Source of the DNA: Bacteroidota bacterium
Lineage (GTDB): Bacteria > Bacteroidota > Bacteroidia > UBA7662 > JAYUJN01
Direction of reading: 5' to 3'
Assembly: GCA_043765195.1 (NCBI GenBank)
Contig: JAYUJN010000055.1
Coordinates: forward strand, 1,041-65,040
Length of the DNA stretch: 64,000 nucleotides
Part shown: piece by piece, positions 48,508 to 59,449 of the stretch
Layout: every line of letters starts with the position of its first letter
How positions within the stretch are numbered: position 1 is the first letter of the stretch
Program-made: the position numbers and the translations under genes
The notes under the pieces: model-generated
Seen by the model: only the letters and a program-made list of their open reading frames with translations
What the model was told of the DNA's origin: nothing
Databases searched by the model: none

Positions 48508-49689
48508 TTAAAATAGTAGGTAATTTTGTTTGAGGTAATTTTGCAGTATGATTTGCGCTGCGGCGCTCCATGCGCAGTATTTTGTGCCTATTGGTTTTTG
48601 GGTTTGGGTATTAAAATTTTCGTAAAAACCCCAATCTTCCACTTGGTTTATGCTTTCTATGCTTGCCAAAACTTGTGTGGCTTGTGGCAAAAAGCCACTT
48701 TTGCACATTGCTGCACCCAAAAAACCGTTGGTCATAGCCCACGTGCCACCGTTGTGGAACTCGTGGGGCAGGTTGCGAAACTCGTATTTGTAGTTGTTTT
48801 GTAGCTCCAACCAGCCAGGCTCGTTGGGCATTATGGGCGGAAAAAATGCGGGCATTAGCTCCAAACCTAAGTTGCTGCTGGTTTTTTGTACATAGTTGGC
48901 TATGCTTTGGGTTTGTGCCGCATCTGCCACGCCCGCCAATATGCACAGCGCATTGGCGAGGCTATCGAACTGCTTGGCGTAGCCGCCAGGCGTGAGTGCG
49001 GCTGCAAAATAGGGTAGCTCGGGCGCAAGCTCGTAAGCCCGTGCGTGGTATAGGTCGGGGTTTTGGGTGGTTTTATTTATCCAATAATTGGTTTTTAGTA
49101 GTTTTTTTAGGTTGGCTGCCTGCTCGCCTGCTTGTGCATCACCAAAAACGAGCGTGTATGCCTGCAATGCGCACAGGCGCAAGGCTTGGTCGTACAGCAC
49201 ATAGCCGTGCAGCACGTATTCGTCCGCCCAATCGCCCGACTGCGGCACGTACATCAGCCCTTTGTTGTTGTATTCCCAGCAGCGCATGAGCCGCAAACCC
49301 AAGTCTATTTGCGCCTTGTAGCGGTACGCAAAACTGGGTTCGTTGGCAAAATGAGCGTAGTTGCACACGCCCAAAATCCACCACGCAATGGTATCTGCCC
49401 TGCCTGCAATGCCGCCCAAGCTCACTTGCGCAGGCATACCATCGTCGGTGATAGCCACATTTGAGGGTATATGCCCAAGTTCGGTTTGCGCAGCACCCAA
49501 AGTAATGAGCGTTTGCCTAAAACCCAAAATGAGTTCGGTATCGCTACTAAGCATCGCCGCCAAGCCGCAAATAATGCCGTCTCTGCTCCAAACCCGCCTG
49601 TAATTGGTTACATTGCTCGGGCTTGCCAAATAGCCGCTTTTACTCAGCGACCGCTCCAACAGACCTATTGCTTGGTCGTAATTACTCAT
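48508..49689 (-). CDS. (alpha/alpha)6 glycoside hydrolase, GH100 alkaline/neutral invertase-like
   Basis: NYRRVWSRD, GHIPSNV, GDWADE, HEFHNGGTW, GFYE, WSAA; no signal peptide; cotranscribed with the PfkB kinase. Confidence 0.75.
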   Translation of the reverse strand: MSNYDQAIGLLERSLSKSGYLASPSNVTNYRRVWSRDGIICGLAAMLSSDTELILGFRQTLITLGAAQTELGHIPSNVAITDDGMPAQVSLGGIAGRADTIAWWILGVCNYAHFANEPSFAYRYKAQIDLGLRLMRCWEYNNKGLMYVPQSGDWADEYVLHGYVLYDQALRLCALQAYTLVFGDAQAGEQAANLKKLLKTNYWINKTTQNPDLYHARAYELAPELPYFAAALTPGGYAKQFDSLANALCILAGVADAAQTQSIANYVQKTSSNLGLELMPAFFPPIMPNEPGWLELQNNYKYEFRNLPHEFHNGGTWAMTNGFLGAAMCKSGFLPQATQVLASIESINQVEDWGFYENFNTQTQKPIGTKYCAWSAAAQIILQNYLKQNYLLF

Positions 49690-50092
49690 ATATTTTGTGG
49701 TTAAAAAAAATCAAGTACAAAAGTAATTTTTTTCGCCCACATATTAAATTATTTCTTTACTTTTGTGCCTTATTGTTTAAAAAGCCTAATTTCATTGCAA
49801 AATGAAAATTTTTGCAAAAAAAATAAAATGCTTGTAATCAAATACTTAGTATTTTTTTTCATTTTTTTTACTCTTTTTTTTCATAAAAGTTTGCATAATT
49901 CAAAGTTAATGTAGAGCTTTGGCGGTGTAAATAGTACATAAACCCCAAAAACGTTGGCGAATATTCGCCGCAAGCGAATATTAAAAAACCATTATCAAAA
50001 AATCTTGTTAGTATTAAGTTTATTATTTACCACCAACTTGCCTTAAACGGAAAACTAAATAAATCAATTCAATTTTTAACCCCAACAATCAA

Positions 50093-53000
50093 ATGAGCGT
50101 GAATACTAATTCATGGACAACGAAGTGCCTTATGGTACTGTTGATGTGCGGTATGAGCCTTGCGGCTTATGCACAGCGTACCATTACGGGCAAAGTAACC
50201 GATGTGAAGCGTAACGGCTTACCAGGAGCTACTGTGTCGGTACAAGGTACAACCAACGGAACGATTACCGACATAAACGGTAATTTTTCTTTAAAAGTAC
50301 CCGAGGGAGCAACTTTAAATGCTTCTTACGTAGGTTACAATGCTACAACCGCCGTAGTAGGCGATGCCACCGTGGTAAACATTGAGCTTTCTGAAAACAG
50401 CTCGGTGTTAGACGAATTGGTAGTAGTAGGTTACGGTACCCAAAAGAAAAGCGACGTTACGGGCGCAGTAGCCTCTGTAACCGAAAAAGACTTTAACCGT
50501 GGTGTGGTTACCAGCCCAGAGCAACTCCTACAAGGACGTGCTGCGGGTGTAGTAATTACCCAAGGTGGTGGCGAGCCAGGCGCAGGTGCAAACATTCGTA
50601 TCCGTGGTGGTACGTCTATTTCTGCCAGCAACGAGCCGCTTTACGTAATAGATGGCGTGCCTATCGACAACTCATCATCTACCACTGGCTTGCCAGGCGG
50701 CGATGCTTCTTTTGGCGGTACCAACAACCCACTTCGCTTTTTGAACACCAATGACATAGAACGCATAGAAGTACTTAAAGATGCTTCAGCTTCTGCCATC
50801 TACGGTTCAAGGGGTGCAAACGGTGTAATATTGGTTACAACCAAAAAAGGAAAAGCAGGCAAATTCTCTGTGGATTACAGCGTATCTATTGCACAAGCTA
50901 AAATTGCAAAACAATTGAAAGTGCTTACTGCTCAAGAATTCCGTGACCAAAGCAAAGTGCTAAACCCCAACTATTTAGATGGTGGCGCAAGCGTGGATTA
51001 CATGAGCGAAATTTTGTCTCCAAATGCACTTACTCAGCAGCACAACCTATCGTTTAGCGGCGGAACTGCGGCTACTCAATACCGTGCTTCTTTGGGCTAC
51101 ATCAACCAAAATGGTATTGTACTCAACACAGGTCAAACAAACTTAAACGGTCGTGTGAACGTAACCCAAAAAGCATTGAACGACAAATTGACTATCAGCG
51201 CAAACCTATCTACGGGTTCGGTAGCAGATAGAGGCACACCAGAAAGCCAAACCAATGGTTACACAGGTGGTGTTTTTCAGAACGTACTAAAAATGAACCC
51301 AACCATTCCAATCAAAGATGCAGCGGGTAAATTTACCGACCTAAACTCACAAGACCTTCGTAACCCTGTAGCATTGCTATACGACATTATAGACAGGTCA
51401 GAGAGCAACCGTGTGTTGGCGAACATAAACACCAGCTACTTATTGGCAAAAAACCTTACCGTAACAGGCGTGGTAGGTATAGACCGTGTACAAGGTAGCC
51501 GTAGCTACTACCAAAAACGTGGTAGTGCCATTGCAAAAGACGTAAATGGTCGTGCATTTAGGTCGCTACAAAACCGTAGCAACCGCTCATTGCAAGCCTA
51601 CGCAACGTACAGCTTGCCTTTGGCTAACAGTGGTAACCTAAGCCTAATGGGCGGTTACGAAACCCAAGATTTTGCATTAAACGGTTTCGGTATAGAGGCT
51701 CGTGGCTTTACAACCGACGCTTTCGAATACAACAACTTAGGTTTTGGTTCAGGCGCATCACAAAGACCATATTCTTTCCGTGAACTAAGCGTAATACAAT
51801 CACAATTTAGCCGTTTGAACTACAACTCTGGTGGCTTGTTGGACATTACAGCTACGATACGCCGTGATGGTTCATCTCGCTTTGGTGCGAACAACAAATA
51901 TGCGTTGTTCCCATCTTTGGCAGGTAGCTTGAACTTAGGCAAAATCATGTTTGCAAATTCAGACTTGGTTTCTGCACTTAAAGTACGTGTAGGCTGGGGC
52001 AAAACGGGTAGCCAAGAAATTGGTAACTACCGCTCATTGTTTACCCTAAGCTCGGCTGATAACACTACTGCTGTAATAGGTTCTACTACTGATGTAGTAG
52101 TAGGTTTGGCTCCTGGTCAAAACCCGAACCCAGGCTTGCAATGGGAAAAAACAGCCGCTACAAACATAGGTTTGGACTTTGAACTTAAAGGTGGCAGAGT
52201 AGGTGGTTCATTAGACGTGTACAACAAAAAAACAACCGACCTTTTGTTAGACGCTCCATATCCAGCTCCTGGTTTTTCTGGTAGCATTTTAGCCAACGTA
52301 GGTGCAATAACCAACAAAGGTGTAGAAGCTACGGTAAACCTTGTGCCAATAGACAACAAAGAATCTGGTTTCCGCTGGAACATCACACTTGTAGCAGCCG
52401 CAAACAGAAACAACGTAGATACCTTGGGTAAAGGCGTAAAAGAACTTTTGGTAGGTCAAGCCTACGGTAAAGGTCTATCAAGCACAGGTTTGTTGCGTTT
52501 CGCACCAGGTTCACCCATTTCTTTTTATGTACTTGAGTCTGCTGGTGCTACTGCCGAAGGTAAAGAACTATTCATAGACCAACAAACTGGAACAGCTCGT
52601 TTCGCAGGTGAAAAAGACCTTGCTACTGGCAAAGACTACATCGGTGGCGACGACCGCATCAACGCTGGTTCACCAGTGCCATTGTTTACTTACGGTATCA
52701 ACAACTCTTTTGCCTTGGGTAATTTAGACTTTGGTATTTTTGTACGTGGTTCAAGGGGCGGTAAAGTGTTTAACAACACAGCACTAAACGCTGGCTTGCT
52801 AAACAACATAACTACCAGCCAAAACGTATTGGCAAGTGCGCTTACAAGCGGCTTGAACAGAGAAGCCGGTCCAGTAGTTTCTACACGCTGGATAGAAGAT
52901 GCTTCTTTTGTACGTATAGACAACCTAAACGTAGGATACAACCTAAAATTGGCTGACTCTCAAATCAAAACAGTACGTATATTCCTTACAGGAAACAACG

Positions 53001-53140
53001 TATTTTTGTCGAGCAAATACACAGGATACGACCCAGAAGTGGCTCAAAGCCAAGGTAATGGCAGCCGTACCATTGGTATAGACCGTCAAACTTACCCACG
53101 CTCAAGAGCATTTGCAGTAGGGCTTAACGTAGGATTTTAA
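50093..53140 (+). CDS. susC: SusC/RagA family TonB-dependent transporter
   Basis: LDELVVVGYGTQKK, PLYVIDGVP, LKDASASAIYGSRGANGVILVTTKKG, LQWEKT, YPRSR. Confidence 0.97.
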   Translation: MSVNTNSWTTKCLMVLLMCGMSLAAYAQRTITGKVTDVKRNGLPGATVSVQGTTNGTITDINGNFSLKVPEGATLNASYVGYNATTAVVGDATVVNIELSENSSVLDELVVVGYGTQKKSDVTGAVASVTEKDFNRGVVTSPEQLLQGRAAGVVITQGGGEPGAGANIRIRGGTSISASNEPLYVIDGVPIDNSSSTTGLPGGDASFGGTNNPLRFLNTNDIERIEVLKDASASAIYGSRGANGVILVTTKKGKAGKFSVDYSVSIAQAKIAKQLKVLTAQEFRDQSKVLNPNYLDGGASVDYMSEILSPNALTQQHNLSFSGGTAATQYRASLGYINQNGIVLNTGQTNLNGRVNVTQKALNDKLTISANLSTGSVADRGTPESQTNGYTGGVFQNVLKMNPTIPIKDAAGKFTDLNSQDLRNPVALLYDIIDRSESNRVLANINTSYLLAKNLTVTGVVGIDRVQGSRSYYQKRGSAIAKDVNGRAFRSLQNRSNRSLQAYATYSLPLANSGNLSLMGGYETQDFALNGFGIEARGFTTDAFEYNNLGFGSGASQRPYSFRELSVIQSQFSRLNYNSGGLLDITATIRRDGSSRFGANNKYALFPSLAGSLNLGKIMFANSDLVSALKVRVGWGKTGSQEIGNYRSLFTLSSADNTTAVIGSTTDVVVGLAPGQNPNPGLQWEKTAATNIGLDFELKGGRVGGSLDVYNKKTTDLLLDAPYPAPGFSGSILANVGAITNKGVEATVNLVPIDNKESGFRWNITLVAAANRNNVDTLGKGVKELLVGQAYGKGLSSTGLLRFAPGSPISFYVLESAGATAEGKELFIDQQTGTARFAGEKDLATGKDYIGGDDRINAGSPVPLFTYGINNSFALGNLDFGIFVRGSRGGKVFNNTALNAGLLNNITTSQNVLASALTSGLNREAGPVVSTRWIEDASFVRIDNLNVGYNLKLADSQIKTVRIFLTGNNVFLSSKYTGYDPEVAQSQGNGSRTIGIDRQTYPRSRAFAVGLNVGF

Positions 53141-53263
53141 TCATAAAAACAATGTTGCTCCAAACCATACAAACAAAAAACCAATTCAAGCGTTATAACG
53201 TATGTATGGTTTGGTAGCCATAAACAAAATCACAAAAAAACAAAACAATTTTAAGTAATCACA

Positions 53264-54823
53264 ATGAAATTGAATCTAAAAAATGTAGTTGCTTTTATGG
53301 CAATTACAGCAGTTGCAGCCACATCGTTGGTAGTAACATCGTGTAACAGCGATAGGCTAAACGAGCAAGTGTTCGACCGCTTGGGCGGTGAAACCTATTA
53401 CAAAACCGAAGACGAATTTAAAGTGGCATCTGCCTCTGTATATGCGCAACTTCGCTCTTATTTTTGGGCATACTACAACTGTTCAGAAGTATCATCAGAT
53501 GAGATTGTAGTGCCTACCCGTGCAGGCGACTGGGGTGATGGTGGTCGTTGGAAACAACTACACAAGCACACTTGGGACGCTAACCAAAGCGACTTGGGCG
53601 AAGCCTATACCAATGCTTACACAGGTGTAGCCCGTGCCAACATTGTGTTGCAAAAATTGGCTGAAACAGATGCTGCCTTTACTGGGCAGAGCAAAGCAGC
53701 CTATGCCGCAGAATTGCGTGTATTGCGTGCGTTCTACTATGTACAATTGTTGGACTTTTATGGTGGCGTACCCATCGTAAAAGAAGACAAAGCCAGCTTC
53801 CCCTTAGACCTTAAAAACTTGCCAGCAAGAAACACCGCTGCCGAGCTATTTGCCTACATAGAATCTGAACTAAAAGCCAGTGCAGCCGACCTACCAGCTA
53901 CCCGCCCTGCCACCGAGTACGGACGTGTAACCAAAGGTACTGCCAACGGATTGCTTACCAAACTTTACCTAAACGCAAAAGTATGGTCGGGTGCTGCAAA
54001 ATGGGACGAAACCATAGCCACCGCCGATGCCATCATAAGCAGCGGTAACTACAGCTTGGCGAACAGCTATTTTGACAACTTTAAAGTAGCCAACGAAAGT
54101 TCACCTGAAATTTTGTTTGTAGCTCCTTTCCACGCAAAAGATGACTTGGGTTTCCCACAAATGAACATCAACATGCGTTCTTTGCACTACAAGCAATTGC
54201 CACAAGAGCCTTGGAATGGTTTTAGTGCCACTGCGGAGTATTACAGCACGTTTGAAGCAGGCGACCCACGTAAAAACATTTTCTTGGTTGGTCAGCAGTA
54301 CAAAGATTTTGACCCTACAAAAGCACCTTTGACCACCCGTGGTGGCTTGCCTTTGGTATTCACATTGGACATCGCAGACATAGAGTCAGCTAACGAAGCA
54401 GAAGGTATCCGTGTACAAAAATGGCAGATAGATGCAGGCGCTGACGGCGGTGCATCTGGCAACGACCTAATTTTGTTGCGCTACGCAGACATTCTTTTGG
54501 CAAAAGCCGAAGCACTCAACGAAAAAGGTGATGTAGCTGGTGCAGTAGCACTTGTGAATCAAATACGTAGCCGTCCAGGTTCAGCAGCTCCTGCTATCAC
54601 AGCACCAGCAAGCAACGACCTGATGCGTGAGCGCATTTTGAAAGAGCGTGGTTATGAATTGGCTTGGGAAGGTTTCCGTCGCCAAGACTTACTCCGCATG
54701 GGCAAATACAGCACACAACCACGTAAATTCTTGCAAAACACAGACGCAAGCCGCAACCTTTTCCCGTTGCCACAACGTGAAGTGGATTTGAACGACAAAT
54801 TGACTCAAAATCCTGGTTATTAA
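53264..54823 (+). CDS. susD: SusD/RagB family surface lipoprotein
   Basis: Lipobox VTSC, LRAFYY, RYADILL, ERGYELAWEGFRRQDL, QNPGY. Confidence 0.96.
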   Translation: MKLNLKNVVAFMAITAVAATSLVVTSCNSDRLNEQVFDRLGGETYYKTEDEFKVASASVYAQLRSYFWAYYNCSEVSSDEIVVPTRAGDWGDGGRWKQLHKHTWDANQSDLGEAYTNAYTGVARANIVLQKLAETDAAFTGQSKAAYAAELRVLRAFYYVQLLDFYGGVPIVKEDKASFPLDLKNLPARNTAAELFAYIESELKASAADLPATRPATEYGRVTKGTANGLLTKLYLNAKVWSGAAKWDETIATADAIISSGNYSLANSYFDNFKVANESSPEILFVAPFHAKDDLGFPQMNINMRSLHYKQLPQEPWNGFSATAEYYSTFEAGDPRKNIFLVGQQYKDFDPTKAPLTTRGGLPLVFTLDIADIESANEAEGIRVQKWQIDAGADGGASGNDLILLRYADILLAKAEALNEKGDVAGAVALVNQIRSRPGSAAPAITAPASNDLMRERILKERGYELAWEGFRRQDLLRMGKYSTQPRKFLQNTDASRNLFPLPQREVDLNDKLTQNPGY

Positions 54824-54846
54824 TTTATTAATTACCGCATAATTTT

Positions 54847-54879
54847 AACCTTCCGCCAAACTTTGGCGGAAGGTTTTTT
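54847..54879 (+). terminator. Intrinsic terminator after susD
   Basis: AACCTTCCGCCAAA-C-TTTGGCGGAAGGTT plus a T-run. Confidence 0.85.
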
Positions 54880-54916
54880 GTTTTATGGCTATACTAAATA
54901 GTTACAAACCCGTTCA

Positions 54917-56215
54917 ATGAAACACATTATTTTTTGGCACAGAAGAGACCTTCGGCTTTTTGACAATGCTGGGCTTTTTCATGCGCTGCAAGCTGGCTTG
55001 CCCGTAATACCCATTTTTATATTCGATAAAAATATTTTGGATAAACTACCCAAAAACGACTTGCGTGTCGTATTTATCCATCAAATGATAGAGGCAATGC
55101 AGCAAAAGCTCATTTCTTTGGGTAGCTCGATGCAAGTTTTTTATGGCAACCCAAAGCAAGTATTTGAAGCGCTTTTGACAAAATACGAGGTAGAAGCCGT
55201 ATATACCAATGCAGATTATGAGCCTTATGCAAGGCAACGAGATGCAGACATTGCAGATGTTTTGCAAAAAAAAGGCGTGGATTTTTGTGTGCATAAAGAC
55301 CACGTAATTTGTGAGAAGTACGAAGTGCTAAAAGACGACCAAAAACCCTATACGGTATTTACACCCTATAAAAATAAGTGGCTAAAAACCGTTACCGACG
55401 ATTTTTTTGTGCAGTACGACCACGAAAAAGTTCAGAAAAATTATTACAAATCCGAGGCGGTAGCCATACCTTCGCTGACCGAAATGGGTTTTGAGGCGCA
55501 AAATGTGGTATTTGCCCAACCCGAAATAAACGAAAAAATCATAGAACTGTACGCCCAGCAGCGTGATTTCCCCGCCATAAAAGGCACTACTCGGCTGAGT
55601 ATGCACCTGCGGTTTGGTACGGTGAGCGTGCGCCAGTTGGCTGTGGTAGCCAAGCGGTTGAGTGAAACTTGGCTGAACGAGCTTATTTGGCGAGACTTTT
55701 ATGCCATGATTATTTACCATTTTCCGCATTCGGCGCAAGCTGCATTCAGACCCGCTTACGACAAAATACCTTGGCGTGATGCGCCCCAGGACTTTGCGCT
55801 TTGGTGTGCGGGAAAAACGGGCTATCCGCTGGTAGATGCTGGTATGCGGGAGCTAAACGCCACTGGTTTTATGCACAACAGGGTGCGCATGGTGGTAGCC
55901 AGTTTTTTGACCAAGCATTTGCTCTTGGATTGGCGGTTGGGCGAAGCCTATTTTGCCCAAAAACTCTTGGATTTTGAGCTTGCGAGCAATGTGGGCGGCT
56001 GGCAGTGGGCGGCAGGCAGCGGCTGCGATGCTGCGCCTTATTTTAGGGTTTTTAACCCGATGGAGCAAGCCAAAAAGTTTGATGCCAAGGGCGAGTACGT
56101 GCGCAAATGGGTGCCAGAAATAGATGGTTTTGGGTACGTAGCCCCGATGGTGGAGCATAGCTTCGCCCGAAACAGAGCCATAGATACCTACAAAAAAGAA
56201 TTGTCGGCGGGTTAA
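54917..56215 (+). CDS. phr: Class I CPD DNA photolyase
   Basis: WHRRDLRLFDN, TTRLSMHLRFG, ELIWRDF, GFMHNRVRM, SNVGGWQW. Confidence 0.95.
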   Translation: MKHIIFWHRRDLRLFDNAGLFHALQAGLPVIPIFIFDKNILDKLPKNDLRVVFIHQMIEAMQQKLISLGSSMQVFYGNPKQVFEALLTKYEVEAVYTNADYEPYARQRDADIADVLQKKGVDFCVHKDHVICEKYEVLKDDQKPYTVFTPYKNKWLKTVTDDFFVQYDHEKVQKNYYKSEAVAIPSLTEMGFEAQNVVFAQPEINEKIIELYAQQRDFPAIKGTTRLSMHLRFGTVSVRQLAVVAKRLSETWLNELIWRDFYAMIIYHFPHSAQAAFRPAYDKIPWRDAPQDFALWCAGKTGYPLVDAGMRELNATGFMHNRVRMVVASFLTKHLLLDWRLGEAYFAQKLLDFELASNVGGWQWAAGSGCDAAPYFRVFNPMEQAKKFDAKGEYVRKWVPEIDGFGYVAPMVEHSFARNRAIDTYKKELSAG

Positions 56216-57123
56216 GCCACGGCATTTAAACAAGCCAAAAAGCCATAGAAACTGCATAGAACGAGCGTTTTTATGGCTGTTTTTTTTAGGTAAGGGTCGA
56301 GCAGCGCATTTTCTTTGATGGCGTATAGCTGTTTTGCATCTATGTAAAAAGGTAGGACAAGGAGCAAGAATGCGTATTGGTACCAATTTTTAAAATTTAA
56401 AAAAGCATAAAAAATCAAGCAAACCCAAGCCAAAATCAATATGGCTATGTGGTAGTATTTGGCGTGTTGCAGCCCCAAAAACACGGCTATTGTTTTTTTG
56501 TTGGCGTTTTTGTCGTTTTCTATGTCCCGCATATTGTTTAGGTTTAGCACCGCCACCGATAGCAAGCCCGCCGCCACACTGGGCAAAAGCAGCGGCGCAC
56601 TAAGCGTAAAACTGTGCAGGTAGTAGGTACCCAGCACGGACATTAACCCGAAAAAAATGAACACCGACGCATCGCCTAAGCCAATGTAGCCGTAAGGATT
56701 TTTGCCAGCGGTATAAAACAAGGCGGCGGCTATGGCAAGCAAACCCAAGCCTAAAAATGCCAGCCCCTGCCAAATATTTAGGTGTAATATGAGGTGGTAA
56801 ATGAGGCTGCTACCGCTCAAAAAACTGAGCGTTGCGGTTATGGCTATCGCTTTTTTCATTTGTGTGGCGGATATAGCACCAGACTGTACGGCTCGTGCCG
56901 GACCAATCCGCTGCGCATTGTCCGCACCGTTTTGGTAGTCGCCGTAGTCGTTGGCGAAGTTGCTCAAAATTTGTAATAAAATGGCGGTTAGCAGGCAAAA
57001 AATGCCCACAAAAGCGTTGAAATGGTCGGTGGAAAATGCTAAAAAGTTGGCTAAAATAATGCTGGCAGATGCCAGTGGTAGGGTGCGCAGGCGCATGGCG
57101 CTGGTCCAGGTTTTGTAGTTCAA
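56212..57123 (-). CDS. menA: 1,4-dihydroxy-2-naphthoate octaprenyltransferase
   Basis: RLRTLP, NFANDYGD, NNMRDIENDK; multiple TM helices. Confidence 0.95.
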   Translation of the reverse strand: MNYKTWTSAMRLRTLPLASASIILANFLAFSTDHFNAFVGIFCLLTAILLQILSNFANDYGDYQNGADNAQRIGPARAVQSGAISATQMKKAIAITATLSFLSGSSLIYHLILHLNIWQGLAFLGLGLLAIAAALFYTAGKNPYGYIGLGDASVFIFFGLMSVLGTYYLHSFTLSAPLLLPSVAAGLLSVAVLNLNNMRDIENDKNANKKTIAVFLGLQHAKYYHIAILILAWVCLIFYAFLNFKNWYQYAFLLLVLPFYIDAKQLYAIKENALLDPYLKKTAIKTLVLCSFYGFLACLNAVA

Positions 57124-57253
57124 GTGTTTGGTTTTTGCGCAAAATTACGCAATTTTTGGCTATTTCTAAATAATTATGTGGTTTAGATAAATGGGCTTTT
57201 GTGGTTGTAAATTTATTGCTAACTTGCACCGTAATTTAAACCAAATTTTTGTG

Positions 57254-59431
57254 ATGAAAAAGTATTCATTTTGTGCGTTCATTTTGTGTTTTTGGGTTAG
57301 CCTAAGCGGCATTTGTGCGCCGCCAAACGAGGGAATGTACCCACTTAGCGAACTGGGGCGCATAGCGCAGCAGATAAAAGATGCGGGTTTGAAAATACCT
57401 TTGGAGCAGGTGTACAACCCCAAGGGCGTGTCTATGATAGATGCGCTGGTGCGCTTGGGCGGCTGCACGGGTTCTTTTGTGAGCAATCAGGGTTTGATTA
57501 TAACCAACCACCACTGCGCTTTTGGGTCGGTGGCGGCAGCCAGCACGCCCGCCCAAGATTATTTGACCAACGGCTTTACTGCCAACGGTTTAGAGTACGA
57601 AATACCAGCGCAGGGCTTGACCGTTCGCATTACATTGAGCTATGTAGATGTATCGGAAAAGGTGTTGGAAAACGCCAAAAAGACCCAAGACCCCCAAAAA
57701 CGCATAGATGCCATAAGGGCGCAAATTAAAGCAATAACCGACCTCGAAAAGGCTAAAAACGACAAACTTACCTACGAGGTATCGGAGATGTTTACGGGGA
57801 AAACCTACGTGCTTTTTCGCTACCAAACCATAAAAGACGTGCGGCTGGTGTACGCCCCGCCCCGTAGTATAGGCGAGTACGGCGGCGAAACCGACAACTG
57901 GGTGTGGCCCAGGCATACGGGCGATTTTTCGTTTGTGCGGGCGTATGTAGCCGCCGACGGTAGCTCGGCAGAATACTCGAAAGACAATGTGCCGTATATG
58001 CCCAAAACGTTTTTGAAAGTGGCGGCGCAGGGCGTAGCCGAAAACGATTTTGTGATGGTACTCGGCTACCCAGGGCGCACATTTAGGCATCAGCCCGCCA
58101 AGTATTTGCAGCTACAAAACGACTACCAATTGCCCTACATTGCTCAAACCTACGATTGGCTCATAGCCCAAATGACCGAGCAAGGCAAAACCGACAAGGT
58201 TACTGAGCTTGCTTTTTCGTCGGAGATTAAGAGCCTCGCCAACGTAACCAAAAACTACAAAGGCAAAATTCAGGGTTTGCGCCGAGTGCCGCTCATACAG
58301 CAAAAACTGGGCGAAGAAGCTGATTTGCAGCGATATATAGACAATAATCCTACCATGCAGCCCATTTATGGCGAGGTTTTACCCCAAATAAACGCCATTT
58401 ATACCAATATGATAGACATTGCGCCCGTTGGTTTTTGGTTCAGAATGTTTAGTGGTAATTCGGCGAGCGTGGCTTTTTTGAAGGAACTGATAAAAGCCCA
58501 AGCCGAATATAGAAATGCGCCGAAGGCGCAACAAAAAGCTGTTTTGGCAAAAATTGTAACCGAACTTACAAAAGTGGTAAACGACAACTATGAGCCGTAT
58601 AGCGGCAAGATAGACCAGAATTTTTGGAAAAAAATGCTCGACGATGCCGCAGGGTTCAAGGATAAAAACGAAATTCAGTTTTTGCGCAACCAAACGGCTA
58701 CCGAAATGATGCGCTATGCCTATATCCAAAAACTCTTTGCCAGTATGCCTTTTGTGTTTGACAAGGCGGCATTGCTAAAAAATATAAATGCCAATACCAG
58801 CAAACTTTTGAAGGCGAACAATGCCCTAACGGCTTTTATAACCGAATATACCAACGCCGAAAATAAGCTAAATGCGCAAAATAACCAGTATAGTGCGCAG
58901 CTAAATGCGCTGATGCCGCAGTTTTTGGACGCAAAAATGGCGATGAACGAAGCCACGAGCCAAGCCAAAATTTTTGTGCCAGATGCCAACGCCACGCTCA
59001 GGCTCACTTTTGGGCATATTCGTGGGTTTACGCCCGCCGATGGCGTTTACAACAGCCCATTTACGACCTTGGCTGGCGTACTCGAAAAAAATGATGTGAA
59101 CGAAAACAACGATTTTTTGATGCCGCTTTTGTTGCGCACTTTGCACCAACAAAAAGATTTCGGTAATTTTGCGCACCCAGTGCTGAACGATGTGCCAGTG
59201 GCTTTTTTGTACGATTTGGATACCACGGGCGGCAATTCGGGCAGCCCAGTAATAAATGCCAACGGCGAGCTGGTGGGCGTAAATTTTGATAGGGCATATA
59301 CGGCGACCATCAACGATTTTGCGTGGAACGATGCGTACAGCCGCAGCATCGGTTGCGATGTGCGCTATGTGTGCTGGGTTTTGCAAAAATACTCCAAAGC
59401 CAATAATATTTTGGCAGAACTGGGCGTTTAA
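57254..59431 (+). CDS. S46 family dipeptidyl peptidase, DPP11-like
   Basis: EGMY, TNHHC, NWVWPRHTGDF, TTGGNSGSPV. FDR places Arg at the S1 position, as in Asp/Glu-specific DPP11, whereas DPP7 has Gly. Confidence 0.92.
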   Translation: MKKYSFCAFILCFWVSLSGICAPPNEGMYPLSELGRIAQQIKDAGLKIPLEQVYNPKGVSMIDALVRLGGCTGSFVSNQGLIITNHHCAFGSVAAASTPAQDYLTNGFTANGLEYEIPAQGLTVRITLSYVDVSEKVLENAKKTQDPQKRIDAIRAQIKAITDLEKAKNDKLTYEVSEMFTGKTYVLFRYQTIKDVRLVYAPPRSIGEYGGETDNWVWPRHTGDFSFVRAYVAADGSSAEYSKDNVPYMPKTFLKVAAQGVAENDFVMVLGYPGRTFRHQPAKYLQLQNDYQLPYIAQTYDWLIAQMTEQGKTDKVTELAFSSEIKSLANVTKNYKGKIQGLRRVPLIQQKLGEEADLQRYIDNNPTMQPIYGEVLPQINAIYTNMIDIAPVGFWFRMFSGNSASVAFLKELIKAQAEYRNAPKAQQKAVLAKIVTELTKVVNDNYEPYSGKIDQNFWKKMLDDAAGFKDKNEIQFLRNQTATEMMRYAYIQKLFASMPFVFDKAALLKNINANTSKLLKANNALTAFITEYTNAENKLNAQNNQYSAQLNALMPQFLDAKMAMNEATSQAKIFVPDANATLRLTFGHIRGFTPADGVYNSPFTTLAGVLEKNDVNENNDFLMPLLLRTLHQQKDFGNFAHPVLNDVPVAFLYDLDTTGGNSGSPVINANGELVGVNFDRAYTATINDFAWNDAYSRSIGCDVRYVCWVLQKYSKANNILAELGV

Positions 59432-59449
59432 CCGTTTTTATTTAGAAAT

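Noticed and set aside
25530-56215. uvrA, uvrB and photolyase as a UV-repair island
   Set aside because: They are more than 9 kb apart, separated by unrelated genes, and I saw no shared regulatory motif.
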